From the NCBI GenBank assembly GCA_028287395.1, contig JAQBPR010000026.1, positions 914 to 64,913 on the forward strand: a stretch of DNA of 64,000 bases, in the 5' to 3' direction. A program made the position numbers and the translations under genes. Shown piece after piece: positions 8,862 through 18,945 of this stretch. The notes beneath the pieces were generated by a model, which did no database searches, was not told where the DNA came from, and was given only the letters and a program-made list of their open reading frames with translations. The stretch is from Bacilli bacterium. GTDB lineage: Bacteria > Bacillota > Bacilli > Paenibacillales > NBRC-103111. Within the stretch, counting starts at the first letter, position 1; every line of letters starts with the position of its first letter.

Positions 8862-10040
8862 CTACAATAAGGGGCTATTGAGGTAATTCAAAGTCATCTC
8901 GATTAATAATAAAGCTGCATTTCGCATAGCCTCTTCGTCAATATCAAAATGAGGATGATGGTGCGGAGCCCAAACTCCTTTTTCATCATTCCCTGCGCCA
9001 ACGAACATAAAGCAGCCAGGAACCTTTTGCAAGTAATAAGAGAAATCCTCGCCTGCCATAATCAGGGGCGATTGCTTCGTATTCGCTTCACCGAACAACT
9101 TTGCTCCCACTTTAAAATATCTCTCCGCTTCAATGGAATCATTTATTACGGGGGGATAGCCTACTTTATATTCCAGCTCACATTGAGCTCCAAATGCTTC
9201 ACAGGTCGCTTTGGAAATCTTTGCGATACGAAGCTGAATTTGATCACGAATGGTGGGGTCAAAGGTACGAACCGTACCTGACATTTGACATCTTTCCGCA
9301 ATCACATTAAAGCTGCTGCCTGCGTGAAGGGAACCAATAGAAACGACTGCCGGCTCGGTGGGATTAATATTTCTGCTTACTATGGATTGTAAATTCACTA
9401 CTAAATGCGAGCCAACGAGGATGCTATCCACTGTATCGTGGGGCAAACCCCCATGCCCGCCTTTGCCTTGGATTTCAATGATAAATTCATCTGCAGCGGC
9501 CATCATAGCCCCTTCCTTGCTATATACCTCACCTATCGGAAATGGAGACCACAGATGGACACCGTAAATAACATCGACACCCTTCAAAGCCCCTTCCGCA
9601 ATCATCGAAACAGCGCCGCCGGGACTTACCTCTTCCGCAGGTTGAAAAATAAATTTGATATTGCCCGCTAGTTCATCCCGCATTTGGCTGCATATTTTGG
9701 CTATTCCAAGCAAAGTTGACGTATGTGCATCATGACCACAAGCATGCATGACCCCAGGCACTAACGAAGCGTAGCTGCTCGTCTTTTCATCTTGAATAGG
9801 TAATGCATCCATATCCGCTCGTAACGCTACAGTTAAACCAGGTTTTCCGCCCTTAAGCAAACCAATGACTCCAAAGCCGCCTATATGAGTTTGGACTTCA
9901 AGTCCCCATTGTTTTAAATGATCGGCAACAAAAGCTGCTGTATTAGTTTCCTGAAAAGACAGCTCTGGGTGCTGATGCAAATATCTTCGCCACTGAACCA
10001 TCTCCACAAATACTTGCTCTAACATTTCTGCTACATTCAT
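8862..10040 (-). CDS. M20D family amidohydrolase
   Basis: 'HQHPELSFQE', 'ALRADMDALP', 'MHACGHDAH', 'FQPAEE', 'GEDFSYY', 'HHPHFDIDE'. Confidence 0.95.
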   Translation of the reverse strand: MNVAEMLEQVFVEMVQWRRYLHQHPELSFQETNTAAFVADHLKQWGLEVQTHIGGFGVIGLLKGGKPGLTVALRADMDALPIQDEKTSSYASLVPGVMHACGHDAHTSTLLGIAKICSQMRDELAGNIKFIFQPAEEVSPGGAVSMIAEGALKGVDVIYGVHLWSPFPIGEVYSKEGAMMAAADEFIIEIQGKGGHGGLPHDTVDSILVGSHLVVNLQSIVSRNINPTEPAVVSIGSLHAGSSFNVIAERCQMSGTVRTFDPTIRDQIQLRIAKISKATCEAFGAQCELEYKVGYPPVINDSIEAERYFKVGAKLFGEANTKQSPLIMAGEDFSYYLQKVPGCFMFVGAGNDEKGVWAPHHHPHFDIDEEAMRNAALLLIEMTLNYLNSPLL

Positions 10041-10284
10041 TTGCGTCGACCTCCGTTTGTTCTATTTTAACAAATTTGCAGGTTGGTTTCATCCTTATAA
10101 TTAGCACAAAAATGATTAGATTTGTTTGATCGCATAATAAAAACAATTCTGCCACAAAATAGCCACACAAAATGAGCGTTTCTAATTTGCTTTAGGCTTG
10201 CACAAGTTAGGGAAACATACTATCATAAAAACTGATGAACACTTGTTACATAGTATGATTAAAAACCCACGGGAGGCGTAAAAC

Positions 10285-10632
10285 GTGATTATAGAAAATA
10301 CAGGATTGAATGGATTAAAAAGCGACCTTGCACATTTGGATGAAGTAACAACGAAATTAGGATTTGTTCGTTGGCAGTGGGAGTATTACCGTGCAACCTA
10401 TGATTTGAAATTCGAAGATAAGGCAAACAATGCGGAATATTTCTTACGTGTGAATGCACGAGTTGAAGTCGGTAAGCTGGAAAGCCCTTATGCCATATTG
10501 TTTTTGGAAGAGGCTTATATTGGGAAAACTACCTTTCCACATGGCTTAGACTATTCCGCACCTATTCCGCAAGCGATACTGCAAGCTTCTCAACAAAAGC
10601 TTGTCCAATTAAAACAACTTTTGTCAGAGTAG
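10285..10632 (+). CDS. YugN-like protein
   Basis: 'GFVRWQWEYYRATYDLK...YFLRV'; SD GGGAGG. Confidence 0.78.
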   Translation: MIIENTGLNGLKSDLAHLDEVTTKLGFVRWQWEYYRATYDLKFEDKANNAEYFLRVNARVEVGKLESPYAILFLEEAYIGKTTFPHGLDYSAPIPQAILQASQQKLVQLKQLLSE

Positions 10633-10642
10633 CAGGTGACCT

Positions 10643-11782
10643 ATGAAGCCTACGCGTAAAGGCACGCCAGATTTTATGCTGCTCATTATGACCTTGGTAT
10701 TAATAGCATTCGGCCTGCTTATGGTTTATAGCGCTAGTTCAACATCTGGTTTTACTAAATTCCAAGATTCCTTTCATTTCTTAACAAGGCAGGCTATCGC
10801 AGTCGCTTTAGGCTTGGTAGCCATGTTATTTTTCATGAACGTTCACTATAGCAAATTGAAAAAATGGGCGGTTCCGCTGTTTTTGATCGTGCTCATTTTA
10901 TTATTTCTTGTTCCAATCTTCGGTGCAACTTTAAATCATGCTAAAAGTTGGTTCAAAGTAGGTCCCTTTAATCTACAACCCGCTGAATTCGCTAAGCTCG
11001 CGATCATCATTTACCTTGCCGCTTTAATTAACAAAAAAGGTGAACGTTTTTATGATTTCAAAAAAGGACTCCTGCCGACATTGATTATTGTAGGACTCTA
11101 TTGCGGTTTAATTATGATTCAGCCGGATTTTGGTTCCTGCATGGTGCTTGCCCTAATCGCTGCACTTGTTATCCTTATTGGCGGGGCGAATCTAAAACAT
11201 TTCTTTACGTTAGGAGTAGGCGGTCTACTCCTTGCTTCTCTCATTGTTGTAGTTCCCCTTCTTACGCACAACAATGACTTCCGAACCGGACGTCTTTCTA
11301 CCTATTTGAATCCTTGGGCGGATTCACTGGGGACTGGCTATAATATTTCACAATCCTTAATGGCTTTTGGTCACGGAGGTTTTAGCGGCACTGGCTTTGG
11401 ACAAAGCATCCAAAAGCTTGGTTTCCTGCCCAATCCATTTAATGACTTTATATTTGCGATTATCGGAGAAGAGCTTGGATTTATTGGCAGCACGCTCTTT
11501 CTGCTATTTTTTATTTTATTTATATGGCGAGGCATACTCATTTCCTTGCGTTGTCCGGATTCTTTCGGTTCGTTAGTAGGGGTAGGCATCATGGGCATGA
11601 TCGCTATTCAGGCATTAATCAATTTAGGGGGAGTCACCAATAGCATTCCACTCACCGGTGTCACACTCCCCTTTATAAGCTATGGGGGCTCCTCTATTCT
11701 GATGCTGATGACAAGTATGGGCATCGTATTAGGCCTTTCTCGCGACCAGAACAAAATTGAAAATCAACAACCAGCAAATTAA
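10643..11782 (+). CDS. ftsW: SEDS family peptidoglycan polymerase FtsW
   Basis: 'QPAEFAKL', 'QPDFGS', 'DFIFAIIGEELG', 'PLTGVTLPFISYGGSS'; near ylaN. Confidence 0.93.
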   Translation: MKPTRKGTPDFMLLIMTLVLIAFGLLMVYSASSTSGFTKFQDSFHFLTRQAIAVALGLVAMLFFMNVHYSKLKKWAVPLFLIVLILLFLVPIFGATLNHAKSWFKVGPFNLQPAEFAKLAIIIYLAALINKKGERFYDFKKGLLPTLIIVGLYCGLIMIQPDFGSCMVLALIAALVILIGGANLKHFFTLGVGGLLLASLIVVVPLLTHNNDFRTGRLSTYLNPWADSLGTGYNISQSLMAFGHGGFSGTGFGQSIQKLGFLPNPFNDFIFAIIGEELGFIGSTLFLLFFILFIWRGILISLRCPDSFGSLVGVGIMGMIAIQALINLGGVTNSIPLTGVTLPFISYGGSSILMLMTSMGIVLGLSRDQNKIENQQPAN

Positions 11783-11816
11783 TCCAGGTGCGATCGTACT
11801 TAGGGAGGCAATCGAT

Positions 11817-12404
11817 ATAGAATACACCCTGGAAACGAACCGTTTGATTTTACGGCCATTTAAGTTAGAAGATGCTCAAATGGTTCAGGAGCTATGTGGA
11901 GACATTGAGGTCGCGCGCACGACATTATTAATACCTTTCCCATATCCTAGCGGAGCTGCTGAGTCATGGATTATTTCAAATCAAGCAGCAGCGGTTTATG
12001 ATGCCCGATTTGCTTTTGCCCTGGTCAACAAAGCGGATCAAAACTTACTTGGCTGCATGACCTTAAGCATTGATAAGCTGCATAAACGGGGGGAATTAGC
12101 CTATTGGATTGGAAGATCTTTCTGGGGGTTGGGCTTTGCAACAGAAGCAGCAAAATCTGTGGTTAGTTTTGGATTCAATACCATTCGATTAAATAAAATT
12201 TGGGCTGCAGCTATGACAAAAAACCCTGCATCTTCACAAGTTATGTGCAAAGTCGGCATGAAATATGAAGGTACCCTTCGCCAACATGTTTTAAAATGGG
12301 ACATCTTTGAGGATTTGGATTTCTATGGAATCTTAAAAATCGATTACGCTAAAATAAATCATCAGAATTCTAAGATCAGTATAAGTGACGAAAACTTATA
12401 CTGA
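11817..12404 (+). CDS. RimJ/RimL-type GNAT N-acetyltransferase; probable ATA start
   Basis: 'LETNRLILRPF', 'GELAYWIGRSFWGLGFATEA', 'NPASSQVMCKVGMKYEG'; SD AGGGAGG at 11802-11808 is 8 nt before an in-frame ATA. Confidence 0.85.
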   Translation: MEYTLETNRLILRPFKLEDAQMVQELCGDIEVARTTLLIPFPYPSGAAESWIISNQAAAVYDARFAFALVNKADQNLLGCMTLSIDKLHKRGELAYWIGRSFWGLGFATEAAKSVVSFGFNTIRLNKIWAAAMTKNPASSQVMCKVGMKYEGTLRQHVLKWDIFEDLDFYGILKIDYAKINHQNSKISISDENLY

Positions 12405-12414
12405 TCTTAGAATT
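12366..12414. repeat. Perfect 21-bp inverted repeat overlapping the GNAT 3' end
   Basis: AATTCTAAGATCAGTATAAGT-GACGAAA-ACTTATACTGATCTTAGAATT. Confidence 0.9.
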
Positions 12415-12415
12415 T

Positions 12416-12446
12416 AAAAAAAGGTGGCACAATGCCACCCTTTTTT
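12416..12446. terminator. Bidirectional terminator
   Basis: A7-GGTGGCA-CAA-TGCCACC-C-T6. Confidence 0.85.
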
Positions 12447-12822
12447 ATTTAACTCGGTGCAAATCATCCAATTCTTCTTCTTTAAAGCTTACACCTTCTA
12501 CTTTAACATTGACTTCCACAACGCGTAATCCAGTCATATTCTCAATTGCTTCTCGCACATTAAATTGTAAGTCACGGCATACGTCTTGAATCTGCGAGCC
12601 GTAGTTGATAATAATTCGAAGATCTACAGCTGCTTCCAATTGTCCTACTTCAACAGAAACACCTTTTTGAACATTGCGGCCGCTTAACCTTTTAGCCAGA
12701 CCCTCTGAAATTCCGCCTGACATTGCTGCAATCCCTGGCGTTTCCAAAGCAGCTAAGCCAGCAATAGTCGCCACTACATCATCGGAGATACGGATTAAGC
12801 CTGTTTGATTTTCTTCGGACAT
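12445..12822 (-). CDS. Asp23/Gls24 family envelope stress protein
   Basis: 'IRISDDVVATIAGLAA', 'KGVSVEV', 'IENMTGLRVVEVNVKVEGV'. Confidence 0.92.
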   Translation of the reverse strand: MSEENQTGLIRISDDVVATIAGLAALETPGIAAMSGGISEGLAKRLSGRNVQKGVSVEVGQLEAAVDLRIIINYGSQIQDVCRDLQFNVREAIENMTGLRVVEVNVKVEGVSFKEEELDDLHRVK

Positions 12823-13002
12823 GAAAAACACTCCTTCGATGTTATGTATGTAAGCTTATTATAATGATTTCATCCTAGCTACGTCAACGAAGAACAAAAA
12901 AATGGGAATAGAAATAAAATTATATGTCGAGTTTACTTTTGCCATCTCTGTAGTAAAATAAAGCTTAATTTCAAATTTCAGCTTGGAAAGAGGTTAAAAA
13001 AT

Positions 13003-14088
13003 ATGCGTCAAAAATTATTTAATAGCTGTTTAATTATTGCATTTGTACTAAGTGCAATTGCGCATTATACCGGAATGCCAGTTGTGCTGCAATTCATCGT
13101 ATGTGGAATCTCTATCATTTTTGTTGCTGGATTTTTAGGCAAGGCAACTGAAAGTGTTGCACATTATGCTGGGGAACGAATAGGCGGTTTTCTAAATGCC
13201 ACCTTCGGAAATGCAGCGGAATTAATTATTGCGATTATATTAATCAAAGATGCCGTAAATGGGAAAGAATATTTGTTCGATATGGTCAAAGCAAGTATAA
13301 CAGGTTCTATCATTGGAAACATGCTGCTTGTACTTGGATTAAGTGTTTTCGTCGGCGGCTTGAAATTTAAAACGCAGCATTTCAGTATTAAACTTGCCAC
13401 ACATAATGCTTCTTTAATGCTTTTGGCTGTGATTGCTCTGTTCATTCCGGCTATGTTCGCTCATGGTTTAACCCTACATAAAACCAATGTCCTTAGTCTT
13501 ATTGTTTCTGTTGTTTTAATCGTTTCTTATTTGCTATGGCTTATTTTTTCAATGATTACACATAAACATGTTTTAGGTGAACCACACGAAGCTGAGAGTG
13601 CTGAAAAACATCAAGAACATCATGGTGCTCCGTGGTCAGCAAAGAAATCCATATTATTTCTTCTGCTTGCGACGATTATGGTTGCATTCGTTAGTGAATG
13701 GCTGGTTGGAACTGTAGAGCAATTCACCAAGCAATTTGGCTTATCAGAACTGTTTGTTGGTGCCTTTTTAATTGCTATTATTGGCAATGCCGCTGAACAC
13801 TCCGCAGCTGTGATGATGGCGCTTAAAAACAAAATTGGCGCATCGGTTGAAATTGCAATTGGCAGCAGCTTACAAATCGCTTTGTTTGTAGCTCCCCTGC
13901 TTGTAATTATTAGTTTTTTTATGGGTCATACGATGAACATAGTTTTTTCTACGTATGAGTTAGTCGCGATTGGAGTTTCCGTATTTATCGCCAAATCAAT
14001 TTCACACGACGGATCAACCAACTGGTATGAAGGTATTTTGCTCCTTGTGGTTTATATCATCCTTGGCATTGCCTTTTATTTGGTTTAG
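13003..14088 (+). CDS. cax: Ca2+/H+ antiporter (CAX/ChaA/YfkE family)
   Basis: Alpha-repeats 'LNATFGNAAELII' and 'IIGNAAEH', 'GSSLQIALFVAP'. Confidence 0.93.
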   Translation: MRQKLFNSCLIIAFVLSAIAHYTGMPVVLQFIVCGISIIFVAGFLGKATESVAHYAGERIGGFLNATFGNAAELIIAIILIKDAVNGKEYLFDMVKASITGSIIGNMLLVLGLSVFVGGLKFKTQHFSIKLATHNASLMLLAVIALFIPAMFAHGLTLHKTNVLSLIVSVVLIVSYLLWLIFSMITHKHVLGEPHEAESAEKHQEHHGAPWSAKKSILFLLLATIMVAFVSEWLVGTVEQFTKQFGLSELFVGAFLIAIIGNAAEHSAAVMMALKNKIGASVEIAIGSSLQIALFVAPLLVIISFFMGHTMNIVFSTYELVAIGVSVFIAKSISHDGSTNWYEGILLLVVYIILGIAFYLV

Positions 14089-14135
14089 TTTTTAGAATTT
14101 AAAAAAGAAGTAACCTTTTTGGAGGCTACTTCTCA

Positions 14136-14423
14136 TTATTCTTTATGGTTTAATGCTTCGTATAACATAGCTAAATTGCGTTCCAGCTTGGCTACAATCA
14201 TTTTCCCTGCTTGCTCCGTAACTAATCCGGCTCGAATGGCAAAATCAACCTCTCTTGATAAGCCATACATTTGTGTATCTAACACTTCCTCATAAAGCGG
14301 ACATTTGCGAGTGGTCAAATTTTCCATCTGAACCTCGATCAATTTTGCTATTTTATCAGCGTCCTCTTGAAGAAGATTATATGCTTTTATATTTAAATTC
14401 ATTAATAATTCTGATGAAGACAT
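14136..14423 (-). CDS. ylaN: YlaN family protein
   Basis: 'DADKIAKLIEVQMENLTTRKCPLYEEVLDTQMYGLSREVDFA'; start 14423 behind GGGGGGA. Confidence 0.92.
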   Translation of the reverse strand: MSSSELLMNLNIKAYNLLQEDADKIAKLIEVQMENLTTRKCPLYEEVLDTQMYGLSREVDFAIRAGLVTEQAGKMIVAKLERNLAMLYEALNHKE

Positions 14424-14523
14424 CAAACTTCCCCCCATTACAATAACAAATATCCTTACCCCACATTTTAGTCGAAAATGAAGCAATACACAAGTACAGC
14501 CTATCTGCAAAATTAGGCAAATT

Positions 14524-14555
14524 AAAAAAGATGCTCCCATCGATCCGGAGCATCC
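14524..14555 (-). terminator. Intrinsic terminator after the HPr-like gene
   Basis: Minus strand GATGCTCC-N9-GGAGCATC-T5. Confidence 0.75.
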
Positions 14556-14565
14556 TCTGCTTTAT

Positions 14566-14814
14566 CTAGTCGTTAATGACTTCAATTTTCATTTCATGCT
14601 TAGCAAAAACATCTTTAATCGCTTGTTTAGCCTCTTCAGCATCTGGACCATGAACATGCAATGTGTAAGCTCCAGCTGTCAATAAGGTTGTAAATAATCC
14701 AAGAATACTTTTGACGTCAATAAATTTGTTTTCGTACTGTAATACAATTGAAGAACGAAATTTGTTAGCAGTTTGTGAAATTTCAACAATCGCGGCATTA
14801 TTCGAATTTGACAT
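14566..14814 (-). CDS. HPr-family protein lacking His15 but retaining the Ser46 motif
   Basis: 'QTANKF', 'IDVKSILGL', 'GPDAEEA'; no GxHARPA motif; start 14814 behind GGAGGG. Confidence 0.85.
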   Translation of the reverse strand: MSNSNNAAIVEISQTANKFRSSIVLQYENKFIDVKSILGLFTTLLTAGAYTLHVHGPDAEEAKQAIKDVFAKHEMKIEVIND

Positions 14815-14924
14815 TTGGTTTCCCTCCATTGATTACGAGTTAATATGATAATGAATCCTTTACTTATGATACATTGGATTACCATGAATATGCAATAAGA
14901 AATCGCACTATTTTAAAATTAGCA

Positions 14925-16040
14925 TTATTTTAAATGGTGCGGATTTAATTGTTCCAGCTCTGGAATCACAAACACACCATCTTTGCGAATTAACACATCA
15001 TCAAAATAGATTTCGCCACCGCCGTAATCAGGACGCTGGATTAGCACGAGATCCCAATGGATCGAGGAACGATTGCCATTATCGGCTTCTTGATAAGCTT
15101 GACCGGGTGTAAAGTGCAAGCTGCCATCGATTTTTTCGTCAAATAACGTATCTTTCATCGGATGTTTAATATAAGGGTTAAAACCAAGGCTAAATTCACC
15201 AATGTAACGAGCCCCTTCATCCGTATCCAATACATCATTTAATCGCTTCGTATCATTGCTTGTCGCTTCCACAATTTTACCGTCTTTGAATACAAAACGA
15301 ATGTTTTCAAAGGTAACACCGGAGTATACAGACGGCGTATTGTAAGCCAATACACCATTCACTGAATTACGAACGGGAGCAGTAAATACCTCGCCATCGG
15401 GAATATTGCGTCCCCCTGCGCATTTGATTGAATTCAGTCCTTGGATCGAGAAGGATAAGTCCGTGCCTGGAGACACAATTCGCACTTGATTCGTGCGATC
15501 CATTAAAGCCTGAAGCGGATCCATCGCTTTGGACATTTTTGCGTAGTCTAAATTGCATACATCGAAATAAAAGTCTTCAAAAGCCTCTGTACTCATATTA
15601 GCCAGCTGTGCCATAGATTCATTCGGATAACGCAACACGACCCAACGCGTATGCTTCACCCGCTGCTCCAAGTGTACCAGCTTACGATAATGCAAATCAT
15701 ATAAGCGCATTTTATCATCTGGAACATCCGCTAATTCGTTCGCGTTTTCTCCTGCTCGAATGGCCACATAACATTGCATATCCTTCATCCGGTTAAAATC
15801 CAACTGAGCCCAATGCTCAATTAGCTCTTGAGAGGCTGATTTCAGTATGGATGCCAGCACCTTTTTATCACTTAGCTCAACGTAAGGGTGGCCCCCTTTA
15901 GCATAAACCTCTTCAATCAAACAACGGACAATTTCTCTTTCTGTTCCTTGCATATCGATCAGTACCTTATCGCCAGGTTGAACTTTCATCGAATAACCAA
16001 CTAAATTCTTCGCTAAGGTTTGCAGTCTAAGATCTCTCAT
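14925..16040 (-). CDS. M29 family aminopeptidase
   Basis: 'NIPDGEVFTAP', 'GARYIGEF', 'LFDEKIDGSLHF', 'SSIHWD'. Confidence 0.93.
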   Translation of the reverse strand: MRDLRLQTLAKNLVGYSMKVQPGDKVLIDMQGTEREIVRCLIEEVYAKGGHPYVELSDKKVLASILKSASQELIEHWAQLDFNRMKDMQCYVAIRAGENANELADVPDDKMRLYDLHYRKLVHLEQRVKHTRWVVLRYPNESMAQLANMSTEAFEDFYFDVCNLDYAKMSKAMDPLQALMDRTNQVRIVSPGTDLSFSIQGLNSIKCAGGRNIPDGEVFTAPVRNSVNGVLAYNTPSVYSGVTFENIRFVFKDGKIVEATSNDTKRLNDVLDTDEGARYIGEFSLGFNPYIKHPMKDTLFDEKIDGSLHFTPGQAYQEADNGNRSSIHWDLVLIQRPDYGGGEIYFDDVLIRKDGVFVIPELEQLNPHHLK

Positions 16041-16725
16041 TTTTTGACCTCCGTAAACTTTTTTGGCGTATCCAGTTTCCTACAATAATAAGCAATATAA
16101 AAAGAGTAAGCAATAGCAGTAATCTTCCACGATAACGGTGTAGATGCTGTAAATCGTGAGCAATCAGCGACTCCATAAAAACAATGGGAAACTTTCCAAG
16201 CAGCGAAGCAAACAAAAAATGACGTATTCTTATTTTGCTTATTCCTGCTCCTAAATTAACTATGGATGAAGGAAAAATCGGAATCAACCTTCCAAGCAGC
16301 ACATAAAAAAAACCTTCTGTTTCCATCTTTTTATTAAATTGAACGATCATCGGGTAACGCATCAACTTTCTCTCCACCCAATTATGCCCAAAAAAACGTG
16401 CAAATATAAACGCCAAAAATGCGCCTAAGCAAGAGGCAATGTAATTAATTATAAATCCATAAAACAAGCCAAATATAAGAACATTAGCACCAGCGATAAG
16501 CATAAAAGGACAAAATGGAATAAAGGTTTGCACAAGAATGGCTAAAACACCTAATACAATCGCAAAGGAACCGAAAGATTTTAAATAATCCGATAAACCT
16601 TGAATATTGGAATGTGATATCTTTAAACCTTCTTTAGTATAAAACAGAAAATGGATCAATATTGCAGCTAGAGATAATAGCGCGGTATAAATAAACAGAT
16701 GAATGAGTATTTTTGACTTTATCAA
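16027..16725 (-). CDS. TVP38/TMEM64 (DedA/VTT domain) membrane protein
   Basis: 'LLGRLIPIFPSSIVNLGAG', 'ASLLGKFP'; TTG start behind AGGAGG. Confidence 0.88.
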   Translation of the reverse strand: MIKSKILIHLFIYTALLSLAAILIHFLFYTKEGLKISHSNIQGLSDYLKSFGSFAIVLGVLAILVQTFIPFCPFMLIAGANVLIFGLFYGFIINYIASCLGAFLAFIFARFFGHNWVERKLMRYPMIVQFNKKMETEGFFYVLLGRLIPIFPSSIVNLGAGISKIRIRHFLFASLLGKFPIVFMESLIAHDLQHLHRYRGRLLLLLTLFILLIIVGNWIRQKSLRRSKNERS

Positions 16726-16792
16726 TCTTTGTGTCCTCCTAAGCTTACTTAACCAAGCTACTAAAGTAAGTATACACTTATATATAGGCAAT

Positions 16793-16821
16793 AAAAACTC
16801 CCTTAGCCATTCCTAAGGGAG
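16793..16821 (-). terminator. Intrinsic terminator after the diguanylate cyclase gene
   Basis: Minus strand CTCCCTTAG-GAATGG-CTAAGGGAG-T5. Confidence 0.8.
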
Positions 16822-16843
16822 CTTCTGTATGATTAAAAAGAGC

Positions 16844-18817
16844 TTATCCAATTTTGATTTGATTTTTACCTTCATGCTTCGCTTTGTAAAGCGCCATATC
16901 AGATTTGTAGAATAACAGCTCAACACTGATTTTCTCGTCCTCCCAATGCCAATCGGAAACACCGCAGGATACAGTCACTTTAGGATTTGTTTCATTTAAC
17001 ACGCGATTGCGAATTCTTTCTGCAATGCGAACGGATTGATCAATAGAAACCTGCGGAAGGTAAATGGCCAGTTCTTCGCCGCCCCAACGGGCAGCAATAT
17101 CACTATCACGAATACAGGTTTTGATGATTCCACTCACTTGAATTAATATTTTATCACCGATTTGGTGACCAAACGTATCATTAACCCCTTTAAAGTTATC
17201 AATATCAACCACGATCAATGAACCGCAAAAATCTTTCTTCTGGAAATAATTGACCTGTTCGTCCAAATAATGTCTGGCGTACAATCCCGTCAAATTATCT
17301 GTGATAACCATCCGTTTCACTTCAGCATGAAGAGAAGCGTTTGCTATTGTTAAGCCAATATGTCCGGATAGTACTTGTAGAAGCTTGTAATTTTCATATG
17401 AAAAGAAGTTAGGAAAACGGTGACAAACCAATATGACGCCAACCACGTCCCCATCTACCAGAATCGGTGAAGCAATCAACGACCTCGATCCCGTCACTTC
17501 CATAAGCTTTGACTGTATTTTGGGATCTGACCAATAATCGGAAATGATTACTGGCTCCTTCGTAGTATAAACTAAACCTGAAAATCCATAATCCACTGAA
17601 AACTTCTCATGGAACATCGCCGGTAAGTTACTGGCTTGGACAATCATCTCATTCTCCGTTTTATCCATTTGCAAAATACAACTGAATTCAGCCCCGAAAA
17701 TGTTAATTAGCTCACTGGAAGCAAAACTAAAAATTTCATTTAACTTTAAGCTTTGATTTAACTTTGTTGTAATTTCGTTAATCAGTCTTAATTCATTTAC
17801 CAGAAAATTAGACTGCTCATATAACTTCGCATTTTCAAATGCGGATCCCGCTGTACTGGCTAATAAACGAATGAATTGAACATCATTCGGATCAAAATAT
17901 TCGGGTAAAGAATAAAGATGCAATACCCCATAAACCCCTTGCTTTGCTGAAAGCGGAGCTGCTATTTCAGATTCGTGCGACTCATTTGCAACATTATGAA
18001 TAAGAATTCCATCCATAAATGCCCTTGTGCAAATATCATCTTCTGCGCTGGTGAAATTAAGCGATTTAATCGGTAAAGAGGAATTTTGATTATCCTGAGA
18101 CAAGAAAAGATTAACCTCGACAAAAGGATAGAGTTCTCTAATACGTTCAATCACTTCCGTTAAAACAGATTCCACATCAATCATCGAATGCAGCTTTTGC
18201 GTAACCTCAAACAACATATCTCTTTTATTGGATTCTTGTTCGATTTGATGCTTTTGTACGAGCATGCGTTGACTTTCCGCTTTTTCGGTTTGCAACAAAA
18301 TATAGGGTAAAAAAGACAAGGCTAAACCTTTTATAACCGCAGCCAAATCCGCTTTTTCTGCTGTAGATGCCACGATGCCAATCATACCAATGAGATTATT
18401 CGTAATAGAATATATGGGTACTATGCTTAATTCTAAAGCTTCATCGTCACCAGTAATGTTTAATATCTCTGTCTGCCCCGACTTGAAACAAGCTTCAGCT
18501 GCTTGACCAATTTGATTTGTGCTAATGGAGAGCGCGCTTTCCATTTGCGTGCTCATCTGCAAAAGCTTTCCTTGACCGTTGCAGACAAAATAATCGCAAA
18601 GATCACTTGTGAATTGCACAATTAATTGTTCTACCCACAGCATAAAACTATCGCTTAATAAAATATCTAATTGATCATTATCCGAATTTATATCCAAACC
18701 TAATATGACACCATTTTGCGGAATTTGGCTCAAAGGATTACTATGCAGTTTTCGCCCTGTTATAATTAGTGTTGGTTCTTTAATAGAATGATCTTGGCTA
18801 CTAAGATTACCTGACAT
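16844..18817 (-). CDS. GAF-GAF-GGDEF diguanylate cyclase (DgcP/YtrP-like)
   Basis: 'DIDNFKGVNDTFGHQIGD', I-site RDSD, A-site 'GGEEL'; two GAF-like segments; divergent from rpsD. Confidence 0.92.
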   Translation of the reverse strand: MSGNLSSQDHSIKEPTLIITGRKLHSNPLSQIPQNGVILGLDINSDNDQLDILLSDSFMLWVEQLIVQFTSDLCDYFVCNGQGKLLQMSTQMESALSISTNQIGQAAEACFKSGQTEILNITGDDEALELSIVPIYSITNNLIGMIGIVASTAEKADLAAVIKGLALSFLPYILLQTEKAESQRMLVQKHQIEQESNKRDMLFEVTQKLHSMIDVESVLTEVIERIRELYPFVEVNLFLSQDNQNSSLPIKSLNFTSAEDDICTRAFMDGILIHNVANESHESEIAAPLSAKQGVYGVLHLYSLPEYFDPNDVQFIRLLASTAGSAFENAKLYEQSNFLVNELRLINEITTKLNQSLKLNEIFSFASSELINIFGAEFSCILQMDKTENEMIVQASNLPAMFHEKFSVDYGFSGLVYTTKEPVIISDYWSDPKIQSKLMEVTGSRSLIASPILVDGDVVGVILVCHRFPNFFSYENYKLLQVLSGHIGLTIANASLHAEVKRMVITDNLTGLYARHYLDEQVNYFQKKDFCGSLIVVDIDNFKGVNDTFGHQIGDKILIQVSGIIKTCIRDSDIAARWGGEELAIYLPQVSIDQSVRIAERIRNRVLNETNPKVTVSCGVSDWHWEDEKISVELLFYKSDMALYKAKHEGKNQIKIG

Positions 18818-18945
18818 AGAGCAACCCTCCTAAACAACAAAATATAGTTCAATAATACTATGTATTTGTGAAAGATGCACTATTATTTCAACAAATAAAT
18901 AATGAATTTGTCAAACCTATTTTTAAAGCTGAAAAAAACTTTAAC

